Assembly: GCA_016869675.1 (NCBI GenBank)
Contig: VGDP01000007.1
Span: forward strand, 4,286-68,285
From: Alphaproteobacteria bacterium
GTDB taxonomy: Bacteria; Pseudomonadota; Alphaproteobacteria; SP197
Direction of reading: 5' to 3'
Length of the DNA stretch: 64,000 nucleotides
Under the pieces are notes generated by a model that worked only from the letters and a program-made list of their open reading frames with translations, did not search any database and had not been told where the DNA came from. Positions 31,739 to 41,173 of this stretch are shown piece after piece (the stretch's first letter is position 1; each line of letters begins with the position of its first letter). A program made the position numbers and the translations under genes.

Positions 31739-32667
31739 CAGCCGAGCACCGCGCCGGGTACCAGCCGCGCGCCGCGCAGGAACGCGGCGCCGTCGGTCGC
31801 CGGACGCCCGGCGCGCTGCACGCGCACGAGGCGCAACGCGCCCGTGCCACACGCCACCGTCAGCCGGTCGTCGAGCAGCGTGCCCGGCGCGCCAGCGCCC
31901 TCGGCCAATTTGGCCTCGAGCACCTTGATCCAGTCATCGCCCAGGCGGAACACGGCGCCCGGCCACGGTTGGAACGCGCGCACGCGCCGCTCGATCGCGG
32001 TCGCGGGTTCGCGCCAGTCGATGCGGTCCTCGTCGCGCCCCAGCTTGCGCGCGTAGCTGACGCCGTCCGCCGCCTGGGGTCGCGGCCGCGCGCGGCCCGT
32101 GGCCAGCGCGTCGAGCGCCGCGACCAGCAGGCGCGCGCCCCGTCGCGCCAGGTCGGCTTCCAGTGTCGGCGTGGTGGCGTCGGGCGGCATGGGCAGCCGT
32201 TCACTCGCCAGGACTGGGCCGTTGTCCAGCCCTTCGTTCATCAGCATGATCGCGACGCCGGTCTCGGCATCGCCCGCCTCGATCGCGCGGGCCACCGGCG
32301 CCGCGCCGCGCCAGCGCGGCAACACCGACGGGTGGACGTTGAGGCAACCGAGGCGCGGTAAAGCCAGGATCGCGCGCGGCAGGATAAGGCCGTAGGCTAC
32401 GACGACCGCCGCGTCCGGCGCGTGCGCCGCGAACGCGGCCTGGACGTCGGCGTCGCGCAGGCTGGCCGGTGTGCGCACGTCGAGCCCATGGCGCAGGGCG
32501 GCCTCGTGCAGCGGCGCGCGCGCTTCCTTCATGCCGCGCCCATGGCGGCGCGGCGGCTGGCTGTAGACGGCGCGCACCCGGTGCCCGGCGGCGAGCACCG
32601 CCTCCAGGCTGGGCACGGCGAAGGCGGCCGTGCCCATGACGACCACGTCGAGACCGACCATGGCCAA
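31738..32667 (-). CDS. fmt: methionyl-tRNA formyltransferase
   Basis: Formyl_trans_N and C domains: [30 protein letters not shown]. Confidence 0.9.
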   Translation of the reverse strand: MAMVGLDVVVMGTAAFAVPSLEAVLAAGHRVRAVYSQPPRRHGRGMKEARAPLHEAALRHGLDVRTPASLRDADVQAAFAAHAPDAAVVVAYGLILPRAILALPRLGCLNVHPSVLPRWRGAAPVARAIEAGDAETGVAIMLMNEGLDNGPVLASERLPMPPDATTPTLEADLARRGARLLVAALDALATGRARPRPQAADGVSYARKLGRDEDRIDWREPATAIERRVRAFQPWPGAVFRLGDDWIKVLEAKLAEGAGAPGTLLDDRLTVACGTGALRLVRVQRAGRPATDGAAFLRGARLVPGAVLG

Positions 32668-32813
32668 CTGTATACCCCGGTTCGGGCACCGCGCGCGCCA
32701 AGAGCAGCATCGGGTCGCGCTGAACCGCCGAGGATCAGTCCAGTCGGTATGAGAGGGTCGTGACGTAGGAGATCGCCCGCCGTTTCAACGAAGCCTTGGC
32801 CCGCCATTCAACG

Positions 32814-32921
32814 TGTCACCCCCGGGCGCCGCGCATGCGGCGAACCGGGGGTCCAGGGCCATGGTTCAGCTTCTGCCTTCTGGATCCCCACTTCCGCCCT
32901 TCGGCCGGCCCGGGGATGACA
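32814..32921. repeat. palindromic ~105-bp intergenic repeat, copy B (between def and fmt)
   Basis: tgtcacccccgggcgccgcgcatgcggcgaaccgggggtccagggcc...ctggatccccacttccgcccttcggccggcccggggatgaca. Same orientation as copy A. Confidence 0.8.
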
Positions 32922-32958
32922 TAGGCGGAAGCGTGGGACGCCTGGCGTCGCTCTGATC

Positions 32959-33477
32959 TCAGCCGGCCAACTGGGCCTTCTTGGCCTTGGCCAGCTTGCG
33001 CAGGATGATGCCGCGCTTCAGCGCGGAGATGTGGTCGACGAACAGCGTGCCGTCCAGGTGGTCGATCTCGTGCTGGACGCAGGTGGCGAGCAGGCCGTCG
33101 GCCTCGAGTTCGGCCGCGCGGTTGTCCACATCGGTGTAGCGCACGCGCATTCGCGCCGGGCGCTCCACCTCCGCGTAATGCTCGGGCAGCGACAGGCAGC
33201 CCTCCTCGTAGGTCGCCACGTCCTCCGAGCGCCAGGTGACCACCGGGTCTACCAGGCGCAGCGGGCTGGGCGGTTCGTTCTGGCCCGCGACGTCGACCAC
33301 GATCAGCCGCCTGGGCGCGCCCACCTGGATCGCCGCCAGGCCGATGCCCGGCGCCAGGTACATGGTCTCGAGCATGTCGTCGAGCAGCCGGCGCACGGCC
33401 GCATCCACCGCACCGACCGAGGCGGAGACGACTTTCAGGCGCCGGTCGGGCGCGGTGATGACGGGCAGGATCGCCAT
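32959..33477 (-). CDS. def: peptide deformylase
   Basis: GIGLAAIQVG, EGCLSLP and QHEIDHLDG motifs. Confidence 0.9.
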   Translation of the reverse strand: MAILPVITAPDRRLKVVSASVGAVDAAVRRLLDDMLETMYLAPGIGLAAIQVGAPRRLIVVDVAGQNEPPSPLRLVDPVVTWRSEDVATYEEGCLSLPEHYAEVERPARMRVRYTDVDNRAAELEADGLLATCVQHEIDHLDGTLFVDHISALKRGIILRKLAKAKKAQLAG

Positions 33478-33526
33478 GGTCGGGCTGTGGTTAGCGCCCG
33501 TTAGGTAGGCGTGCGCGCCGTGCTGG

Positions 33527-34987
33527 TCAAGGCTTCAGGCGCGTGATCGCCGCTGACTCGACCGCCTCGGGTGCCTGCAGGGCGCGCGTCGTGGAGACCA
33601 CGGGCGGCACGGCGACCGGATCGGCGAAATCCGGTACCGCCTTGAGGTCGCGGAACTTGCGCGCCGTGGCGAGCAGGCGGAGTTCCATCGAGCCGACCGC
33701 CTCGTTGTAGGCGTTGATGGCGCCGGTCAGGCTGCGGCCCATGCGGGTCCACATCTCGGCCACGACACCGATGCGGTCGTAGAGCTCCTTGCCCAGCCGG
33801 CTGATCTCGGCCGCGTTCTCGGCCAGCCGTTCCTGGCGCCAGCCGTAGGCGCCGGCCTTCAACAGACCGATCAGGGTGGTCGGGTTGGCTAGGATGACGC
33901 CGGCCTCGACGCTCGATTCGATCAGCGCCGGGTCGTGCTGGAGTGCCGCGCTGAAGAACGTTTCGCCCGGCAGGAACAGCACCACGAACTCGGGCGTCGG
34001 CTGGAACTGGTCCCAGTACTGCTTGGCGGCGAGCTTCTTGACGTGGTCGCGGATCTGCCGCGCGTGGCTCGCCATGCGATCGCGGCGGATTGTCTCGTCG
34101 GTCGACTCGATGGCGTCGAGATAGGCGGCGAGCGGCGCCTTGGCGTCGACCACCAGCGTCTTGCCGCCGGGCAGGCGCACGATCAGGTCGGGGCGCAGCG
34201 CGCCCTCAACGCCGGCGCGTGTCTCCTGCTCGACGAAGTCGCAGTGCTCGATCATGCCGGCCAACTCGACAACGCGGCGCAACTGCATCTCGCCCCAGCG
34301 GCCGCGCACCTGCGGCGCGCGCAGCGCGGTGACCAAGTTGGCGGTCTCGGCGCGCAGGCCGCTCTGGCCCTCGCGCAGGGCGGCGACCTGCTCGACCAGG
34401 CCGGCGTAGGCGCCGGCGCGCGCCTGCTCCAATTCGCCGATCCTCGCCTCGAACTTGCCCAGCGCCTCGCGCACCGGGCCGACCAGGCTGGCGATCGCCT
34501 GCTCGCGCTGGGCCAGGTCGCCCTTGGCGTTCTCGTTGAACGTCTTGAGGTTCTCCTGGGCCAGGCGCAGGAAGGCCTCGGAACTGCCGTGCAGCGCCCG
34601 GCCCGCCAAGGTCTCGAAGGTCTGGGTCAGACGCGCCTCGGCCTCGACCAGCGCCATGTGCTGGCGCTCGAAGGCCTCGTGGTCCTTGGCGTGCTGGACG
34701 CGCGCCTCAGCCAGCGCCACCTGGGCATCACGCGCCTCGATGCGCAGCGCGCGCAGCTCGTCCTCGCGCCGGCCGAGTTCGGAGCGCCGTTCGTCGTCCA
34801 GCCGTTCGGCCGCCGCCAGCCGTTCGCCGAGCGCCACGGCGGTGGCGTCCGAGCGAGCATGGCGAGCCCGCGCGAACACCGCGACCAGCACCGCACCCAC
34901 CAGCAGGCCGAGGACCAGGGCGGCCAGCACCAGGCCAGGCAATCCGAGCGCCAGTCGCGCTTGGTCAAGAGCCTGAACAAGGATCAT
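33527..34987 (-). CDS. rmuC: DNA recombination protein RmuC
   Basis: N-terminal TM, long coiled coil, and the RmuC domain ([21 protein letters not shown]...FVVLFLPGE). Confidence 0.85.
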   Translation of the reverse strand: MILVQALDQARLALGLPGLVLAALVLGLLVGAVLVAVFARARHARSDATAVALGERLAAAERLDDERRSELGRREDELRALRIEARDAQVALAEARVQHAKDHEAFERQHMALVEAEARLTQTFETLAGRALHGSSEAFLRLAQENLKTFNENAKGDLAQREQAIASLVGPVREALGKFEARIGELEQARAGAYAGLVEQVAALREGQSGLRAETANLVTALRAPQVRGRWGEMQLRRVVELAGMIEHCDFVEQETRAGVEGALRPDLIVRLPGGKTLVVDAKAPLAAYLDAIESTDETIRRDRMASHARQIRDHVKKLAAKQYWDQFQPTPEFVVLFLPGETFFSAALQHDPALIESSVEAGVILANPTTLIGLLKAGAYGWRQERLAENAAEISRLGKELYDRIGVVAEMWTRMGRSLTGAINAYNEAVGSMELRLLATARKFRDLKAVPDFADPVAVPPVVSTTRALQAPEAVESAAITRLKP

Positions 34988-35035
34988 CGCAAGAACATAC
35001 CAGAAACTTCGGGACGACTGGGGGAGATTCCAAGG

Positions 35036-35566
35036 CTACGCGGAGCGCCGGATTCCCACCCCCTGGCCGGCCACGGCGGGCCTGGGCAGGCCCGCGTGCT
35101 CGGCCATCACCGCGTCGAGCCGGGCGCGCACGTGGGTGGCGAACGGCGCGGCGCGGCGCGTCGCCAGGTCGATGTGGATCTCGATCAGCTCGGTCATGGC
35201 TACGTCGTAGCCGTCGCGCGTCTGGCGGATGGTCGCGAACGTGACCAGCTTGTTGTGGTCGAGGTCGAGCATCTGGACGGTGACCTCGAGCGGATCGTCC
35301 AGCATGACCTCGCGCCGGTACCAGTGGCATTCCTGCAGGGCGAAGATTGTCGTGCCGCGATCCAGTAAGTTGGCGCGCGTCAGGCCGATATGGCGGTAGA
35401 ACGCGATCACGCCCTTGTCGAACACCGGCGTGTACGACCGGATGCCCATGTGGCCGTTGTGATCGACCCAGCGTGGCTTGACCGTGGTGCGGTGACCGAC
35501 GAACGGCGCCATGATGTTCTCCCCGGTTGGCACGTCCGTGTAGACGGGGCGGCGGTCTGGCGCCAA
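35036..35566 (-). CDS. hotdog-fold thioesterase family protein
   Basis: RWVDHNGHMGIRSYTPVFDKG...TIFALQECHWYRREV, a 4HBT-like fold. The start may be the internal ATG (MAPFVGH). Confidence 0.5.
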   Translation of the reverse strand: MAPDRRPVYTDVPTGENIMAPFVGHRTTVKPRWVDHNGHMGIRSYTPVFDKGVIAFYRHIGLTRANLLDRGTTIFALQECHWYRREVMLDDPLEVTVQMLDLDHNKLVTFATIRQTRDGYDVAMTELIEIHIDLATRRAAPFATHVRARLDAVMAEHAGLPRPAVAGQGVGIRRSA

Positions 35567-35592
35567 GCTGTTTCAAGAGCGTGGAGGACGCC

Positions 35593-36461
35593 ATGGACGT
35601 GACACCCCTGCATCCCCGGTTCGGCGTGCGCGTAACAGGTGGCGACCTGCGCGCGGTGACGGCGACCGCCGGCTACCCCGCGCTCCGCGCGTTGTTCGAG
35701 GAGCACTCGCTGCTCCGCTTCCCCGGGCAGGACTTGGATGACGACGCCCATCTGGCGTTCGGCACGTTGCTCAGCACCATCGAGATCCGTGAGAAGGATA
35801 CGACCGGCCTGCGCCCGACGATTTCGCCGGTCAGCAACGTGCGTGACGACGCGACGCTGGTGCCCGAGGCCGACCATGGCTTGATGAACCTGAAGGCCAA
35901 CCAGCTCTGGCACACCGATTCGACCTTCTTGCCGGTGCCAACCCTGGCCAACATCCTGGCGGCGCGGGTGCTGCCGCGCCACGGCGGCGAGACCGAGTTC
36001 GTCGCGACGCCCGCAGCCTACGCCGACAGGCCGAGGGCTTGCGCGCGCGGGCGCGCAACGCCGTGCTGCGCCATCGCTACGCCCACTCGCGTGCCAATAT
36101 CTCGGCCGAGCTGGCCAAGGGCGACCTGTTCGCCATGTGGTCCGACCAGCTCTGGCGCGCGATGTGGCACAACCCGGTCAACGGCCGCGACGCCCTCTAC
36201 ATCGCCTCGCACGTCTGCGCCGTCGAAGGGCTCGACGAGACCGCGGGCCGCGCCCTGATCGACGAACTCACGGCGTGGTGCACGCGCCCCGCCTATGTCT
36301 ACTGCCACGCCTGGGTGCCCGGGGATGTGCTGATCTGGGACGAGCGCGCGACGCTGCACCGCGGTCGGCCGTGGCCCTACGACCAGGCGCGCACGCCGGC
36401 CAGCATCTGCGTCTCGGTTGGCCCGGACGACGGCCTGGAGAGCATCCGACCGGCGGCCTGA
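35593..36461 (+). pseudogene. TauD/TfdA-family Fe(II)/2OG dioxygenase, frameshifted near 36026
   Basis: The N-terminus (MDVTPLHPRFGVRVTGGDL...LWHTDSTFLPVPTLANILAARVLPRHGGETEFVA) is in one frame. The C-terminus (GLRARARNAVLRHRYAHSR...RATLHRG) is in the frame of ORF 36039..36461. The junction is AAYAD|QAEGL. Confidence 0.65.
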
Positions 36462-36540
36462 CGGCCGCCACGTACGCTGTTAGCTTATGGTTAACATGCC
36501 CTAGCGATCCTACACGTCGACCAAGAGGAGGCTCAGCGCC

Positions 36541-37500
36541 ATGCTCGACGGATTCCTGATCTTCGCCGCATTCATCGTCATCCTCGCGATCGTGCTGCTC
36601 TATTCGGGCATCAAGGTGGTGCCCCAGGGCGCCGAGTGGACGGTCGAGCGCTTCGGTCGCTACACCCACACCCTGCGGCCTGGCCTCGCTCTGATCATCC
36701 CGCTGGTCGACCGGGTCGGCGCGCGCATCAACATGCGCGAGACCGTGCTGGACGTGCCCTCGCAGGACGTCATCACCCAGGACAACGCCGTGGTCCGCGT
36801 CGACGGCGTGGTGTTCTTCCAGGTGGTCGACGCGCCCAAGGCGGCCTACGAGGTGACCGACCTGGAGGTCGCCATCCTCAACCTGGTCATGACCAACATC
36901 CGCACGGTCATGGGCTCGATGGTGCTGGACAGCCTGCTCAGCGAACGCAACGCCATCAACGCCAAGCTCCTGTCGGTGGTGGACGAGGCGACCACGCCGT
37001 GGGGCGTCAAGGTCACCCGCATCGAGATCAAGGACATCGCGCCGCCCCAGGACCTAGTCGATTCCATGGCGCGCCAGATGAAGGCAGAGCGCGACCGGCG
37101 CGCCTCGGTCACCGAGGCCGAAGGCGTCAAGCGGTCCCAGATCCTGAAGGCCGAAGGCGAGAAGGAAGCGACCATCCGCCAGGCGGAAGGCCAGAAGGAA
37201 GCGGCAATCCGCGAGGCCGAGGGCCGGCGCGAGGCGGCGTTCCGCGACGCCGAGGCGCGCGAGCGCGCCGCCGAGGCCGAGGCCAAGGCGACCCAGATGG
37301 TGTCGCAGGCCATCGCCTCGGGCAACATGCAGGCGATTAACTACTTCGTCGCCCAGCGCTACGTCGACACGCTCAAGGCGTTCGCCACCTCGCCCAACCA
37401 GAAGATCCTGATGATGCCGCTCGAGGTGTCCAACCTGATCGGCGCCATCGGCGGCATCGCCGAGATCGCCAAGCAGGCGTTCCCGCCGCAGAGGACCTAG
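36541..37500 (+). CDS. SPFH/band-7 (stomatin-like) protein
   Basis: N-terminal TM, PHB domain (VPQGAEWTVERFGRY...), charged coiled-coil tail. 319 aa. Confidence 0.8.
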   Translation: MLDGFLIFAAFIVILAIVLLYSGIKVVPQGAEWTVERFGRYTHTLRPGLALIIPLVDRVGARINMRETVLDVPSQDVITQDNAVVRVDGVVFFQVVDAPKAAYEVTDLEVAILNLVMTNIRTVMGSMVLDSLLSERNAINAKLLSVVDEATTPWGVKVTRIEIKDIAPPQDLVDSMARQMKAERDRRASVTEAEGVKRSQILKAEGEKEATIRQAEGQKEAAIREAEGRREAAFRDAEARERAAEAEAKATQMVSQAIASGNMQAINYFVAQRYVDTLKAFATSPNQKILMMPLEVSNLIGAIGGIAEIAKQAFPPQRT

Positions 37501-37504
37501 CGCC

Positions 37505-37954
37505 ATGCTGTCGAACATCACGGTCGAGTACTGGCACTGGTGGGTGCTGGGGGTCGTCCTGCTGATCCTCGAGGTGTTCGCGCCCGGCGCGTTCATGCTG
37601 TGGCTCGGCATCTCGGCCGGCGTAGTAGGCGCGCTCGTGCTGATCGCGCCCGCGATGGCATTGAAGATTCAGCTTCTGGTCTTCGCGATCCTGGGCGTGG
37701 CCAGCATCGTCGCCTGGCGGCTCTACGTGAAGCGCAACCCGCCGCCGCCGACCGACGAGCCGACGCTGAACCGGCGCGGCACCCAGTACATCGGCCGCGT
37801 GTTCACCCTGGACGACGCGATCGTCAACGGTGTCGGCAAGCTGATCATCGACGACACGACATGGAAGGTCGCCGGCTCCGACCTGGCGCCTGGCGCGCGC
37901 GTGCGCGTGGTCCGGGTCGACAACACGGTTCTGATGGTCGAGGCGGTCGTCTAG
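37505..37954 (+). CDS. NfeD-family membrane protein (stomatin partner)
   Basis: Two N-terminal TM helices followed by an OB-fold C-terminus (GRVFTLDDAIVNGVGKLIIDDTTWKV). Lies immediately downstream of the SPFH gene. Confidence 0.75.
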   Translation: MLSNITVEYWHWWVLGVVLLILEVFAPGAFMLWLGISAGVVGALVLIAPAMALKIQLLVFAILGVASIVAWRLYVKRNPPPPTDEPTLNRRGTQYIGRVFTLDDAIVNGVGKLIIDDTTWKVAGSDLAPGARVRVVRVDNTVLMVEAVV

Positions 37955-37999
37955 CGCCGCCGTAAGGGCGGTTCCGGGGGTCCCGCAGTCACGCCGTCC

Positions 38000-38110
38000 G
38001 TCATTCCCGGGCCGGCCGCAGGCTGGTACCGGGGATCCAGGGACGACGTGCGGGACGATGGCCCTGGACTCCCGGTTCGCCGCGCGCGCGGCGGCGACCG
38101 GGAGTGACAG
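38000..38110. repeat. palindromic ~105-bp intergenic repeat, copy C (inverted orientation)
   Basis: gtcattcccgggccggccgcaggctggtaccggggatccagggacgacgtgcgggacgatggccctggactcccggttcgccgcgcgcgcggcggcgaccgggagtgacag. This is the reverse complement of the A/B/D consensus. Confidence 0.75.
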
Positions 38111-38149
38111 CAAACCGGTGACCGCGCTTCTCTTGAAACGGCGCTAGAG

Positions 38150-38329
38150 CGCGTTCCGTTCAGGTTGGTTCGCGCCGACACCCCCACCCCGCGATGCGGG
38201 CTGCTCCCCGCATCGCACCTCCTCCATCGAGGGGGAGGAAGCTGCGATGGCGCCAACCTGCGTCCCCTCCTCCCTTGTGGGGAAGGGACAGGGTGAGGGG
38301 TATCAACCCGATCGGACGTTGCTCTAGCG
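38150..38329. repeat. mosaic of GC-rich hairpin repeats downstream of recR
   Basis: cgatgcgggctgctccccgcatcg, cctcctccatcgagggggagg, cccctcctcccttgtggggaaggg, gggtgaggggtat. The motifs are shared with 46060-46100 (rc) and 50370-50395. Confidence 0.6.
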
Positions 38330-38923
38330 TCAGAGTTCGCGCCGGGCGCGCAGCGCGGCGCCGAGCGTCCCCTCGTCGAGGTACTCGATCTCGCCGCCCA
38401 CGGGCACGCCGTGGGCCAGCCGGCTGACCGTGACGCCGGCCTCGGCGAGGCGTTCGGCCACGTAGTGGGCGGTGGTCTGGCCCTCGACCGTGGCGTTGGT
38501 GGCCAGGATCACCTCGGTCACGCGGCCCTGGCCGACCCGGGCCACGAGTTGCTCGATGGCCAGGTCGTCGGGCGCGATGCCGTCCAGCGCCGACAGCGCC
38601 CCGCCCAGCACGTGATAGCGCCCGCGAAAGGCCGCCGCGCGCTCGATGGCCCACAGATCGGCCACCCCTTCGACGACGCAGATCACTGAGGCGTCACGGC
38701 GCTCGTCGCGGCAGACGGCGCACGGGTCCTCGGTGTCCAGGTTGCCGCACACCGAGCACGGCCGGACGCGCGCCCCCGCCGTGCCCAGCGCCGCCACCAG
38801 CGGGTCCAGCAGCGTCTCGCGACGTTCCAGCAGGTGCAGCACGATGCGGCGGGCCGAGCGCGGGCCGAGGCCCGGTAGCCTGGCCAGCAGGGCGACCAGG
38901 CGCTCGATCTCCGAGCCACCCAT
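38330..38923 (-). CDS. recR: recombination protein RecR
   Basis: C4 zinc finger ([16 protein letters not shown]) and the Toprim domain. Confidence 0.9.
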   Translation of the reverse strand: MGGSEIERLVALLARLPGLGPRSARRIVLHLLERRETLLDPLVAALGTAGARVRPCSVCGNLDTEDPCAVCRDERRDASVICVVEGVADLWAIERAAAFRGRYHVLGGALSALDGIAPDDLAIEQLVARVGQGRVTEVILATNATVEGQTTAHYVAERLAEAGVTVSRLAHGVPVGGEIEYLDEGTLGAALRARREL

Positions 38924-38929
38924 GGGGCG

Positions 38930-39253
38930 TCAGAACGGCAGCTTCATGCCCGGCGGCAGGCCGAGCCCGCCGGTCAGCTTGCCCATCTCCTCGGCGACCA
39001 TGCGCTCGACCTTGGCGCGCGCGTCGTTGACCGCGGCAACCACCAGGTCCTCGAGCAACGTGGAATCGGCTGGATCGACGATCTTCGGGTCGATCTTCAG
39101 CGCCCGCAGATCGCCCTTGCCGGTCATGGTCGCCGTGACCATGCCGCCGCCGGCGGCGCCCTCGACGACCAGGTCGCCCAGCGCGTTCTGCATCTCGCCC
39201 ATGCGCTGCTGCAACTGCTGGGCCTGCTTGAGCATCTTGCCGATGTTGGTCAT
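38930..39253 (-). CDS. ybaB: nucleoid-associated protein YbaB/EbfC
   Basis: MTNIGKMLKQAQQLQQRMGEMQNAL... 107 aa. The ATG overlaps the dnaX stop. Confidence 0.85.
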   Translation of the reverse strand: MTNIGKMLKQAQQLQQRMGEMQNALGDLVVEGAAGGGMVTATMTGKGDLRALKIDPKIVDPADSTLLEDLVVAAVNDARAKVERMVAEEMGKLTGGLGLPPGMKLPF

Positions 39254-40947
39254 GAACCTTCGTCTCCTGGTGCCTCGTTCGCCGGTCGGGGGCGGATCGC
39301 CGTGATGGTCGCGCCGGGGAACGCGGCGAGCGCGGCGGCGACAAGCGGGTCCTGGGCGGCCTCGGCGCGCCGGCGCGCCTCCGCCTCGGCAGCCTGTTCG
39401 TTCAGGGTGGACGACCATGTGCCGGTTCCAGGCACCACCGTCCAGCGCGTGCCCGTCCAATGCTCGAGCCGCGCGCTCAACTGCTGCGCCAGGTCGGCGG
39501 GCGCGCCGTCGGCGGGGCTGAACTCGATGCGGCCGGGCTCGAAGCGGATCAGGCGCACGTAACGGCGGAACAGGCCGGCCAGGATGCCTTCGCGCGCCGC
39601 CTCGGCGCGAGCCACCAGCTCCGCGAACGTGGTCGGCGCGCCCTTAAGCGCGGGCGTCGCGGCCTCGTCGGGCGACGGGGGTGCCGCGCGCGCGGCAAGG
39701 GCGCCGCCGCCGGTGGCGACCGGCGCGGGGCGCGCCGGCGGTGTCTCAGCCTTGCGTGGCGTGGGGCGCGCCGCGCCCTCGCCGGTCGCGGGCGCGCCGG
39801 CCAGCGCGCCCGGCGGCGGCAGGTCGGCGACATAGGCCAGACGCACCAGCACCATCTCGGCAGCGCCGAGCGCCGAGGGCGCCTGGCGCGCCTCGGCCAG
39901 GCCCTTCAGCAGCATCTGCCAAGCGCGCGCCAGCACCGGCATGGACAACGTCGCCGCCATGGCGCCGCCGCGCACGCGCTCTGCCTCGGGCACGGCGATG
40001 TCCTGGGCCGCTGCCGGCACGACCTTGACCAGCGTCAGCCAGTGCACGAGCTCCAGCAGGTCCTGCAGCACGACCAGCGGGTCGACGCCAGCGTCGTACT
40101 GGCGGCGCAACTCGACCAGCGCGTCCGCCGGCCGGCCAGCCAGGGTCGCCTCGAGCAGGTCGAACACGTTGGTGCGGTCCGCCAGGCCGAGCATGGCGCG
40201 CACCGCGTCCTCGTCGACCGTGCCGTCGCCGTGGGCGATCGCCTGGTCCAAGAGCGACAGGCCGTCGCGCACCGAGCCGTCGGCGGCGCGCGCGATCAGG
40301 CGGATCGCGCCGTCGCCGACCCGCGCGCCCTCGGCCGCTGCGATGCGCGCGAAATGCTCGGCCAGCACGTCGGCATCGACCCGGCGCAGGTCGAAGCGCT
40401 GGCAGCGCGACAGAACGGTGACTGGCACCTTGCGCGCCTCGGTGGTGGCGAACACGAAGCGCACATGCGGCGGCGGCTCCTCGAGGGTCTTCAACAGGGC
40501 GTTGAAGGCCTGCAGGGACAGCATGTGGATCTCGTCGATGATGTAGACCTTGTAGCGCGCCGAGGCCGGCAGATAGCGCGCGCCATCGATCAACTCGCGC
40601 ACGTCGTCGATGCCGGTGCGGCTGGCCGCGTCCATCTCGAGCACGTCGACGTGGCGGTCCTCGGCGATCGCCCGGCAGTGGTCGCACTGGCCGCACGGCG
40701 TCGCGGTGGGACGATCGAGCGAGCCGTCGGCGCCGACGCAGTTGAGCGCGCGCGCGATGATGCGCGCCGTCGTCGTCTTGCCGATGCCGCGCACGCCGGT
40801 CAGCAGGTAGGCCTGGGCGATGCGCCCGGCGGCGAAGGCGTTGCCGAGCGTGCGCACCAGCACGTCCTGACCGATCAAGGTCTCGAACGTGGTCGGCCGG
40901 TACTTGCGCGCCAGCACGCGGTAGGGCGACGGCGAGGGCTTGGTCAT
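39250..40947 (-). CDS. dnaX: DNA polymerase III subunits gamma/tau
   Basis: YRVLARKYRPTTFETLIGQDV...GVRGIGKTTTARIIARALNC...CGQCDHC. 565 aa. The much longer listed ORF is N-terminally extended. Confidence 0.9.
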   Translation of the reverse strand: MTKPSPSPYRVLARKYRPTTFETLIGQDVLVRTLGNAFAAGRIAQAYLLTGVRGIGKTTTARIIARALNCVGADGSLDRPTATPCGQCDHCRAIAEDRHVDVLEMDAASRTGIDDVRELIDGARYLPASARYKVYIIDEIHMLSLQAFNALLKTLEEPPPHVRFVFATTEARKVPVTVLSRCQRFDLRRVDADVLAEHFARIAAAEGARVGDGAIRLIARAADGSVRDGLSLLDQAIAHGDGTVDEDAVRAMLGLADRTNVFDLLEATLAGRPADALVELRRQYDAGVDPLVVLQDLLELVHWLTLVKVVPAAAQDIAVPEAERVRGGAMAATLSMPVLARAWQMLLKGLAEARQAPSALGAAEMVLVRLAYVADLPPPGALAGAPATGEGAARPTPRKAETPPARPAPVATGGGALAARAAPPSPDEAATPALKGAPTTFAELVARAEAAREGILAGLFRRYVRLIRFEPGRIEFSPADGAPADLAQQLSARLEHWTGTRWTVVPGTGTWSSTLNEQAAEAEARRRAEAAQDPLVAAALAAFPGATITAIRPRPANEAPGDEGS

Positions 40948-40963
40948 GGACGGACGATCGCGT

Positions 40964-41063
40964 GGCGCGGACGGGTAGGAGGCTGGCAATCGACCCGGAA
41001 CGCACCCGTTACGGCTGCTTCCTTCCGGACCTGGCCGGGTTGGCGGGCCTTTCCGTCCGCGCC
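40964..41063 (-). ncRNA. ffs: signal recognition particle RNA (4.5S, small type)
   Basis: The minus-strand sequence contains the universal domain IV motif AGGUCCGGAAGGAAGCAGCC (rc of 41006-41025). The closing helix is GGCGCGGACGG / CCGUCCGCGCC. It lies immediately upstream of dnaX, as in many bacteria. Confidence 0.7.
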
Positions 41064-41173
41064 AACCTCCCGCCGCCACTATCCGCATCCCATGCGGCCT
41101 TGGCAACCCCGCCGCCGGAGGACGCGGCACCCCCGTGGACGGGCGCGCCGCCGCCGTGCCAGTGTCCCGCGCC

